Both the position numbers and the translations under genes were made by a program. A DNA stretch of 63,036 nt, the filler included, from Choristocarpus tenellus KU-1152 (lineage: Eukaryota; Protista; Phaeophyceae), in NCBI GenBank assembly GCA_964200185.2. It is 12 parts of 12 records of this genome, joined end to end, with 100 filler letters (N's around TTAATTAATTAA, not from the genome) between each part and the next. Parts side by side here need not be neighbours in the genome. Positions count along the whole stretch, not along the records: positions 51,998 to 56,836 come from CAXNAD020012854.1; positions 56,937 to 59,471 come from CAXNAD020026977.1; positions 59,572 to 63,036 come from CAXNAD020019846.1; 9 more parts are not named here. One strand, written 5' to 3'. How positions within the stretch are numbered: position 1 is the first letter of the stretch; each line of letters opens with the position of its first letter. Shown here one piece after another: positions 51,898-63,036 of this stretch. The notes under the pieces are model-generated. The model had not been told where the DNA came from. It was given only the letters and a program-made list of their open reading frames with translations, and did no database searches.

Positions 51898-54800
51898 NNN
51901 NNNNNNNNNNNNNNNNNNNNNNNNNNNNNNNNNNNNNNNNNTTAATTAATTAANNNNNNNNNNNNNNNNNNNNNNNNNNNNNNNNNNNNNNNNNNNNAAG
52001 ACCGTTTTCGCATAACAACCATCCTCATAGTCCCGCTCCATCCTCAATTTTGCGAATCCCCTGTTGTACCAAAGAAATCTCATTGAAGTTTAGAAGGAGG
52101 GGTGACTAAATCACAACGTAAGATTCGTTCACGATTATTCTTTCCCACTGATCACAACAGGAGATTTGTAGACGATTCCTCCCTACTAAATTACGACGTA
52201 AGATTTGTACAAGATTGTTCTTTCCTGCTAAATCACAAGGTAAGATTTGTATGTAAAGGTGAGGTAGGGACAGATCACCAATACATACTTATCTTCTCTC
52301 ACCAAAAAGGGACAAATCATTATACATCCTGACAAATCACGTGTACATGGTAACCAGTAAGGTTATATCGACAAATCGCGATTTGTATATATTATTATTA
52401 CATTGTTTCTCAACGTTGAGTTGCACTCCTTAAATGATTAGTGGTACAAGATTCCTGGGTGGAAATGATTTGAACATCTTCACTCCTTCAACCTCCACAA
52501 ACAAATACTTGTACTGTCAGAGATAGGTCCCTTTTTTGAGATCTCCCACACACACATTTTGTGGATATGGCATGCAGCCATATACTTTTGCGCGAGCCAA
52601 CCACGTCATTGAAACTTGCCTATATCAACCAGTTCACAAAACCAGACACACCCGTGAGACCCAGATTTGACCAAACAGTCCGAAGGACTGTCAGAACGAA
52701 GATCCATTACGATTCTGACTGATCCATTTTCCTGTTGTGACGCCGCTCAGTCATTCTGTGACACCTGTTGTGCACTAAAGTTTCGATTCTTTTTCTGAAT
52801 TTCCTCAACTGACGTTGGGATGCTGGGGCAAGACCTGGTCTCACCCTCTGTGGTGGAAGTGTTCAGTCTAGTGATTGTGATTGCCCCCTTATGCAGAGAA
52901 CCTTTGACCCTTGACACTTCCACAGTGGTACTCACACCGAGTGTTCAAGGGGGCTAAGCATGCTTTCAGATCATGACTAACCCAATCGAGAACTATGAGA
53001 CATAGAGAAGTGGGTCCAGGAGAAGATGTCTGTATGGAAAGGGAAGAAGAAAGCAAATTCCAGCTCAACTGAAGGAGGTAAGGAGGGGGGTAACGATAAT
53101 ACCCAACCTCTACCGACTCCTGTTCCTACACATGTAGAGAAAGGCACCCCTGGCGATTCGCTTGAGCAGGAAGGAGTGGCGGAGCAGCTGAGTGAAGACC
53201 CTGCCCGTAACCCGGGCCTGAACTGTTTTAGTGTGCTTTCAGAAGACCAAGAGACTGCAGGATCCTTCCAATAGTATCATCCCTCTGGACATAATGAGCA
53301 TATTTTCGTAGTCAGATAGTGTGACTCGTTCTGTGCCCATTCTTGTCCTCGAAACACTATCAATGCCTGTAAAAAAAGGTCAACGTCCGTGGATGATGTG
53401 ATGGCAAAACCTGCCAGTTCTTTGTTGCGAAAAGTGTGTATGATAGCAACTCTTTTGCAGTTGTTGCCTTCTCAGTTGCTATAGAAGTACTACTACTATC
53501 CCTCAAAGTAGTAGATGGTAATACACCCTGTTCAGCGCTTCGGAATTCAATACATACACACATCTAGGAGTTGTCCCTCTTTTCAAATTAATAATCAAGA
53601 GAACCAATGTTCTGGAGTAGTCTACAAAATTGACACTCTGAACTATATTATCCTAAATAGGGAGGCTGTTGTGCATAAGGGGCCTCTGCCACTGCCTTCT
53701 GGTGAACCTGCGGTGGTGATTAAAATTGGTGTTGCTTACTATCCTTGCCACAACTTTCTTGATGAATTACACAGACTAGGGAGGTGGTTTCCAGGGTTAG
53801 GGTTAGGAGTCCACCCAGCCTGTCCAATTTATCAGAAAAGCTGCAGCGAGGGTCATAACCAATACTGATGTTGGCAGCTGTAGCCACTCCTGCCTTCTGG
53901 TGAATGTGCTTCTTGCACTCTGGAGGTTGATTTCTCACTGGTGTGGATAAATGTTCACCTCTTCTTCTACAGCCACAACCTTTATCAAGAGGTTAGCTGT
54001 ATATTGGGCATGGGAATGGGGGTTACACGGAAGATTTTGTGAGCCCCTCGTACTCAAGCGGGCCAAAATCAGTCTCCTCTAGGATACTATAGCTCTATGA
54101 CAGACTGTTCTTTGTGGCAACAGAGGTGTTAAAGACAGTCCTAATGCTGTTCACACTGGTTCCCTTTTTGTGTGTATATATGATGGACAACCTCGAACCA
54201 TGACTACCAAAGAACTCAACCAATTCAAAACTGTTTATGATGCTCAATCCCTCTGAGGGTATGACGGATGGACTACTACTGAAGAGCACAACCAACAATT
54301 AATCCGAATCGAATTGATTGTGTTCTTCAGTACCCACAGTTGGAAGTGGTACATCACACATAAATACAGGAGGCTTAAATATTGTCCCCAAAAGGTTCAA
54401 GCATCACACCTGCTACAAATCCCTGACGATCAACTGGCCCCCTTTGTTGTACAATACAGGAGTGAAGAAGTGCAGCATCTCCACATCAAACCCAAGAAAA
54501 GCATGTGCCCTGTGGCCTGTTTCAGGCAGCCTCAGCAAAGCATAACACTTACCCTTACTGTGTAGTAACGATGATAAAAATATACCCACAGGTGTGGTGG
54601 ACTAAACGATCTCTCCATGGTGACATGCATAAGTAAATAAAAAGGAAAACCAGAGCTTACACCTGCCGGTCCTTTTTACTATGTCTGGATTATAAAACAG
54701 TGCAGGAACCTCCTTTTCCCCACATGTACAAGTAGCACGATGGAGCTGACACAGGGAGTAGTCCCTTAGTAATGCAAATTCTACCAACCTGTGTAAGACA

Positions 54801-55045
54801 CAACCTCTGATGGACATCAATGTTTAAATCACTGCAACTACTTGAACTTACAATGTAGTACTCCAGTACTTTCCTAGTCATCGCAAACCTGCCTCTCTCT
54901 CCCTGAAGCCCCTCATTAACTATCCCTGAATCATGACCATGGATGAGTCCCATTGCAACAGAGGACAGTATGACAGAATCCTTAGGCCCAGGAGTCCTTG
55001 TATTGTATACATCAATTTTAGAAAATGCATTTACAATAAAGTAGT

Positions 55046-56460
<1,415 letters not shown>

Positions 56461-56936
56461 CTTGTTGTGATCGTGGGGGATAAGTGAGATGGAGGACTGC
56501 AGCATGCTTCGTGAAGGTGCTGCTTGGTTTACAGGTTGGAAGGTATCTAACCACGAATAAATGTAAAGCCGTGAGTATGATCACAAGCATTCAACGGGGG
56601 AGAGGGTTCGTCTCACCGAGCCGAGACCAGGCATAGAAGGTAGCAATCAGAGTACACCAGGCGCAATACTCGGATTCAAAGATCACGGGACTATTGGCGT
56701 CTCAAGTTTGTGAAACATGAGAGATACAACGGAACCCACCACCTCGAGTAGTTCAGGTAACGCTTAAGGGGAACAGTATGTAATTGGGCTTCCGCAAAGA
56801 TCAATCACACCTGGACAACCGATGCCAATCCATTGGNNNNNNNNNNNNNNNNNNNNNNNNNNNNNNNNNNNNNNNNNNNNTTAATTAATTAANNNNNNNN
56901 NNNNNNNNNNNNNNNNNNNNNNNNNNNNNNNNNNNN

Positions 56937-57480
56937 CGCCAAGGTGCTGAATTATAGCACGAGCACCATAAATAGGTGGTTGGACGATATGGGGGCCATA
57001 CTGAATCACCGCTGGATCAAACCCAAGCGTAGATCATGGCAAAAGGTATGGAAAATGGACTTTGTGATCGAGTGAACCAGAAAAGTGGTGTGTACGCCTC
57101 CATGGCAAACCCGACCTATGTGGATGAAACCTAGTTTTACGTGATGGCTGATGGGGAAAGGGTTAGGTTATTTCTCCATGAGGATGATATCGATCCTTCA
57201 GAGTTCCCTACCATGCAGGCAGCACAAGAGTCATATCCCCAAAACCATGATCATTGCAGCCAACGTCCACCCAGATTCGGCTCACAGCTTTGATGGAAAG
57301 CTTGGTGTTTGGCGTGTGTGTGCGCCAAAACTGGCGGACAGGACAAGCAGAAACCATAAAAAGGGGGATGTGTATGAGCAGGACTTTACTCTAGACCATT
57401 TATGGTACAGGACGTGCTACACAGAGGAGTTACAGCCTGCAATCAAGATCAAGATGCCTTGGTTGCAGGTGTTAAGAATA
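56937..57480 (+). mobile_element. DD39D-type mariner transposase relic
   Basis: YVDET*FY…QHKSHIPKTMIIAAN…FDGKLGVW…RTSRNHKKG…PAIKIKMPW. Confidence 0.75.
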
Positions 57481-57540
57481 TGTTTTTTGTTCATGTGTAA
57501 AAGATGATTTTGTCGTAGAAACATTGAGTTGTTGAACTAT

Positions 57541-59407
57541 TGTTGGATAACGGGATAATTGATAGTAATGTCTTTGTCAGGTGTCTAGGACAGTATTATC
57601 CGGGTTATTATAGTACAACAAGAAGAATCCTAGAAAAGGAATGTTGTCGCAAGAAACACAGACTGAGTGGCGAGTTATTAGTGATCAGGGATGAGTAAAA
57701 GGTTTATCGCCTCCCTTCTTGAATGATGTATCTCACTCCAACTTTCTAAACATAACTAAGAAGGAATTAATCTACATATTTCAATATCAAGATTTGGGAT
57801 TCTACACATTCTTTAACATGCTAGCTAGCATACTTTAAAGTGTGCTGATATATCAAGAAAGCTAGTAGTAGAGGGGTCAGACGGAGTCCCAATGGCGTTT
57901 GCTGTCGGTAACGTGAACAGCGAGGTTGAAGATGTTGGTATGGAAGTACAGGGCATCGATGGTGAGGAGGATCTAGCGACAAGTGGGACCACGATCTCAA
58001 GACGGACTGCGGGAGTGGACCTGCAGCGCCTCATCCCACTTCTCTCAAAATTTGTGGCATACAATGGTGACGATGATGGGGAGGGGTTTCCCTCGTACAA
58101 GAAACGATTTCTAACTTGTGCTGCGATGGGTGAATGGATGGATGCATTATTCACCCAAGACCACATCAGGGTTGGCCTAGAAGGAGGAAATACGTCGAGG
58201 AGGACACGCCAAGAAGTACGTAAAGCCAGCATGTTGTTTGCTGGATTGGTTATGAGTGTAGGAGGACTTGCACTTGACATTGTCGATAACCATGACAGCC
58301 CGTCTGAAGCTTTCCAGGCACTGAGAGACCGTTTCGAAAGAGATGGTATCACAGAAAGAGCGATCTGGAGGACAAAATTACACGAATTGCGTTTACCAAT
58401 TGGGAGGGATCCTGCAGATATTATCCAAGACATGGAAAAGCTGGTGAAGAAGTTGCGGAGTCTTGGTGCAGAACCAGACGAGGAAGAGCAGCCGATAGTC
58501 ATTCATAACTGTTTTGCTGCAGAATATATGATTGAAATAGGTCAGATTTCCGATGTGGGTCGAATGGCAAGGTTGCAACTACGGAAGAGGGTTTGCGAAA
58601 CCTACAGGATGAACAAGAGGTTGGTGGACAGTGGTATTGGGAACCACAATGGAGCGCTTATGTCTACTGGAAGCTCGACTTTCAATCATGGATCGCGTTC
58701 TGCATCATCAGCTGGACACCATGGTCAGCATGGTGTAAAATGGTTCAAGTGCGGTGGACCGCATTACATTCCTGTTTGTCCGTCTCTGCTTCTTCCCCAC
58801 CAGTAACAAACAAATTTTCCGATACCTGATACGTTTGAAACGGGTCGGGACACAAAGCTAAAAATTGTCCTGGACGTGCAGTGGCTATGGTGGCAGCCAA
58901 ACAAGTTGTAGATGGTGGACCATGGTGCAGCGACTACAGAGAGGAAGAGGCGTGGTCGAGGGAAGGCGAATGTTGGAAATAATGGACCGCCGAAGATGCT
59001 TGGAGGTTTCTCGACGGTGAGGGATGAGGACGTACAACAATGGGATGATGCATGATATTTTGATACTGGACGTTCAGCCCATATGACCAACAACCCCGTT
59101 GCTTTGATAGACCAACGACCTATTAGTGGTAAGTCTGTGACTGTTGGTACAGAACAGAAACTTCGAGCTACCATGGTTGGAAACTTACCATTATGTTGTA
59201 TACAGAATGAGAAGGTTTATGATTTTCTGTACAATGTGTTGTTGGTTCCAGTGATAAAGTTCAATATTTTATCAATGGTTCAAGCTGGACGTTATTCAGG
59301 TGGAGAAATTTATTGCCAGGGGGGAAATTCTTTAAAGTTGACCCCATCAGCAGGTGAACCTCCCCTTATTTTTTCGTCCACCAGTGGAAAGAATTTTGAT
59401 TTGTTCA
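57541..59407 (+). mobile_element. Ty1/copia 5' portion: candidate LTR 57541-57818, gag (57892-58806) and protease relic
   Basis: TGTTGG…TTAACA-bounded segment; gag with P.EAFQALRDRFE and degenerate knuckle KWFKCGGPHYIPVCP; *YFDTGRSAHMT and VLLVP.IKFNILS copia protease motifs. Confidence 0.8.
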
Positions 59408-59471
59408 GACCCAAAGTATCTGGGGGAGGGGGGGGGGTCTACACCTGGGTGTCCATTTAGGTCAAAATAAG
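59408..59471. mobile_element. MITE family B end inserted in copia, at contig break
   Basis: GACCCAAAGTATCTGGGG-G-tract-TCTACACCTGGGTGTCCATTT. Confidence 0.85.
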
Positions 59472-59754
59472 NNNNNNNNNNNNNNNNNNNNNNNNNNNNN
59501 NNNNNNNNNNNNNNNTTAATTAATTAANNNNNNNNNNNNNNNNNNNNNNNNNNNNNNNNNNNNNNNNNNNNAAAAAAAAAAAACAACAAAACAAAACAAA
59601 CACATCAATATTTTTTTCTAAGTTTTTTAAATTTTCCCACCCCCCCCCCCCCCCCCCCCCTCCCAAACCCTTTACATTTTCTCGCTCTCATCCTGGATCT
59701 CTTCGTTCTTGATGTGCTGCTGGTGGGGTTATGGTGCGGTCTTGATATTGGCAG

Positions 59755-62700
59755 GCGGTGGTGGCTGCGGCGGGAGGCTCAGGGGACTGGGCGGATATGT
59801 ACAGTGCAGTGGACTCGACCCGTCGCCTGAGCATATTTCACCGGGATGTGCTGCTACAAGAAGGCCACCTGGGGCAGGCGGTGGCCTTGGTGGGACTGGC
59901 GGTGGGCAATTTGCGGTCGTCCATGGTTCGCAACGCCCTGCTCTGTGTCAACGATATGTTCAGGTTGGGGATTGTTTTTATTTTTCATACGTCTATGTGT
60001 TTTGTGATTGGTGGATGAGTTGAATGAGAGGATAGGATGTGTTTGTGATTGGTGGATGAGTTGAAGGAGAGGATAGGATGTGTTTGTGATGGGTGGATGA
60101 GTTGAATGAGAGGATAGGATGTGTTTGTGATGGGTGGATGAGTTGAATGAGAGGATAGGATGTGTTTGTGATTGGTGGATGAGTTGAATGAGAGGATAGG
60201 ATGTGTTTGTGATTGGTGGATGAGTTGAATGAGAGGATGTGTTTGTGTTTGTGATGGGTGGATGAGTTGAATGAGAGGATAGGGTGTGTTTGTGATGGGT
60301 GGATGAGTTGAATGAGAGGATAGGATGTGTTTGTGATGGGTGGATGAGTTGAATGAGAGGATAGGATGTGTTTGTGTGTGTGTGTGTGATGTGTGGTTGA
60401 TGGATGGTGAAGGGGATTTTTTTTGTGTGGTGTTGCTGCCTCTTTTCTTTTTTTTCTTTTGTGATATTGACCTTAGGAAGTAATTTCATTATTGGTGGGG
60501 GAAGGAAGATATGTTGCAGATTTGTAGGGATTGAGGTATTTGTGTGTGTATGTGTGTGTGTGTGAATTATGTGTTTCTGTGCATGTTTTATATTTTGATG
60601 TATGTATGTATGTATGGATGTATTGTTTATGGATGTGTTTATGTATTGATGTTTATGTAGTAGGACACATGTGACTGTCTGTGGGTGTGTGTACCAGTTC
60701 TGGATTGACCTGGAGCAGCAGTTGTCACTTAAGTTTGTCCATTCACCTTGGCTGTGTTCATGCTCTCAATTCTGATGCAACCGCTGGCAGATGTTTGGAC
60801 TCAATTAACCACATGTGCCACTTGTTTTGTGTGGATGTCAACTTGGGGGGGGGGTAGGAGTGTAATATGTGAGAGAGCATTTTTTGTCAGAAGTGTGGTG
60901 TAATCAAGGGAGACAACATTCGGGTGTGCTGTGTTGGGATGTTTTTATTGCATTGGAAAGCATGAATGGAAAAGTAACTTAACCTGATACAGGTTGTTGC
61001 ACTGTTGTTGGATTTGGAAATACTACACCATCTACAATGACTGTGTTTATTGCAACCCTGAGAAACTATTGAAGGTCAGTTTTTTTTGTTTTTTTTTGAA
61101 GGTGGGAATGAAACTGCCGCCGGAGTTGTTTAATTTGATCGCTAGACGATCGGGAAGTGCGATCTCATCTTCCACGTGCTTGTTTATTCTGTTTTGCTCA
61201 CTCCGGCTTTACACTACACTGTCTGTCCTTGTCTCGACCCCTTCACCACTGTAACCCTAACCCTAGCATGGCGTCGATCTTACTCCGTCGTACTGAGGGT
61301 TAGGGTTATAGCATTTAGACGGTGGGGTGGGGAGGTGGGGTACAACAACATGTGTGATATTAAAAAATGCTGCCCCTTAGTGTAGCCGGCGCAGTGTATT
61401 GGCCCACTTCGTATCCCTTAGCCCATTAATCTTTGGTTACCTGTGTAGCTGAACTCACTGTTGCCCTGAGTGTATAAGCTTTAAATAACTTGGAAGTGGG
61501 ACGTAGGAGACAGGTGTAAGTCCATACAGAGCAGGCGGGATACTTTTTTTTTTTGTTCTAGTTGACCTCTGGCGCGACCTCTGTTTCAGGAGGTTTTTGG
61601 AAGTATTTGTAGGCCTTCCGGAACGGGCATGTCTTGAGTTGCCTGCGGATAGCTTGGTACTGATAGAGTGGCGGTTGATACTGTGAGTATGATTTGCTTT
61701 GAAATCACTCAACCCTTCAACTGTAGCTCGGGGCTGCTTTGGGTAAGGGTTACTATATGACCATCGAAGTTTTCATGAAATATGTTCTATAGAGCCGGTG
61801 TTGATAGAAAGTCTGTATGTATGTATGTATGTATGTATGTATGTACTAAGTTTGTCGTGCCCAATGGTGTGTTGTGTCACAAATATTTGGCAAGCTCAGG
61901 TTTTTGTTCTTGTTCACTTGTGAAAAAAACTATTCTATTTTTTTGCAAGCCCGTTAAGAGATGGTTTTGTTTTGACCGATATGGTAGATAAATAAATATT
62001 TCACAGTATCTAGTGTAAAGTATTGTGATTAGATTGTTAGGGTTAGGGTTACGAGTTTGAAAGTGGCTACAAGCTAACGATTACGCTACTGAAACGGTAT
62101 CATTATTATTATTATTTTTTATTTTTTTGTAGAGCAGTATGTTTTGCTATATACAGCTTTTGTATGTAAATGGTTATTTTCTCATGGAAAGGATGTGCTT
62201 GACTGCTCTTGGTTCACTTGCTACTTAAAAAAAAAATGGATAGTGTGTTGGGTTGCTTGGTCTGTAAAAAAATATATAACTACCAATGCGCCGGCTTTAT
62301 TTATGTATTTATTTATATTGTTGCTGTTGAGATTCCCCTTTGCTTGTCAAAAAAATGACCCTCTGTTTTTGAGTCAAAGTAACTGAGATGGGGGTGGTAA
62401 AACCCAGTTTTAAGGGGACCCCTCTTGACCTTTTTTTTTCTGGTGGTGCATGTTTTTTGAACAGTTCTGTAGTAGCCCACACAGGCATGGAAAGCATTTT
62501 ATTTTTTTCATTGCTTTGTAAATAGATTCGATTCACAGATACTTTTTTATTTTATACCTTTGTCTTTTTTTTAAATGAAGTTTGAAAAAAAACCTTGATA
62601 TAAAAAAAAAATCGAAAGAACCGAGATGTGCGCATGCACACGCATCTCTCAGTTTGGTTAGGTAACTACGAATCTTTTTTAACAAGAGAAATCACAGCTG

Positions 62701-63032
62701 TATTTTTGATGTTTTAATAACCCGTTAATCTCTTGAAAGTTGAAGTTGTAAAAAATTGTTCCAGAGTGTATAGTGTCTTCTGCTCATCGTTGTGCTGTCT
62801 CTTTTTTTCTTTTAAAATCTTTAGTATATATATATACTTTTTTTCTTGATCTGGGACTCTTTGGGTGACCTCTTTGTTGTGTGTGTGTGTGTGTGCGTGT
62901 ATGTTGTTTTTTGTTTTTTGTTACAGGTTTCTCGGTCATGACATGGCGTTGGTCGACATGGACGCTATTGTGTCTGGGACCTTACAACGGGTAGCTGGAG
63001 ATAAGAAATTTATTTGCCAGGCCGCAGGAGAG
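59755..63032 (+). CDS. CLASP_N/TOG HEAT-repeat protein, internal exons 59755-59963 and 62927-63032
   Basis: DW…RRLSIFH…NLRSSMVRNALLCVNDMFR|FLG…DKKFICQAA; W, LRS….A and FI…A motifs of TOG/CLASP_N; phase-2 GT-AG intron. Confidence 0.8.
59997..60375. repeat. 41-bp minisatellite, about 9 copies, intronic
   Basis: Unit GTGTTTGTGA(T/G)GGTGGATGAGTTGAATGAGAGGATAGGAT in direct tandem. Confidence 0.92.
61249..61311. repeat. Hairpin with telomere-repeat arms
   Basis: TAACCCTAACCCT-AGCATGGCG…CGTCGTACT-G-AGGGTTAGGGTTA. Confidence 0.65.
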
Positions 63033-63036
63033 GTGA

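Noticed and set aside
52950-54990. Possible genes downstream of PECR
   Set aside because: The frames are short and interrupted with no recognisable family; probably decayed retroelement sequence
59854-60489. 211-aa His/Thr-rich ORF, or a CRISPR array
   Set aside because: It is the translation of a 41-bp tandem minisatellite; there are no unique spacers and no cas genes
62037-62051. True telomere
   Set aside because: Only about 2.5 TTAGGG units, lying inside an intron

Overview
This is eukaryotic, intron-rich, transposon-dense DNA, and it is not one locus. Twelve short draft contigs are concatenated with an artificial 100-nt linker (N44-TTAATTAATTAA-N44), so adjacency across linkers means nothing. 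By inference the source is a flagellated stramenopile, plausibly a brown alga or relative (histone H4 'RDSVTY' variant, scattered TTAGGG repeats, long introns, basal-body genes). Host genes reconstructed from GT-AG splice sites are an APC/CAT-type amino-acid permease (6 exons, 8.1-kb TE-filled intron), an SGNH-like protein last exon, an RNI-type LRR protein, CEP20/FOPNL, a C-terminal bromodomain exon, histone H4 with a 3' stem-loop, a PECR-like peroxisomal SDR ending in AKL, and a CLASP_N/TOG protein. The rest is decayed Ty3/gypsy, Ty1/copia, CRE-like non-LTR, DD39D-type mariner and Sola2-like elements. The most notable structure is a Sola2-like transposase relic plus three non-autonomous MITE families sharing a terminal G(A/G)(G/C)(T/C)CAAAGTA motif. 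It includes a composite MITE-cargo-MITE unit that splits a retroelement, and a G-tract MITE found at many contig breaks. I found no CRISPR array, prokaryotic operon or clearly new enzymatic system.
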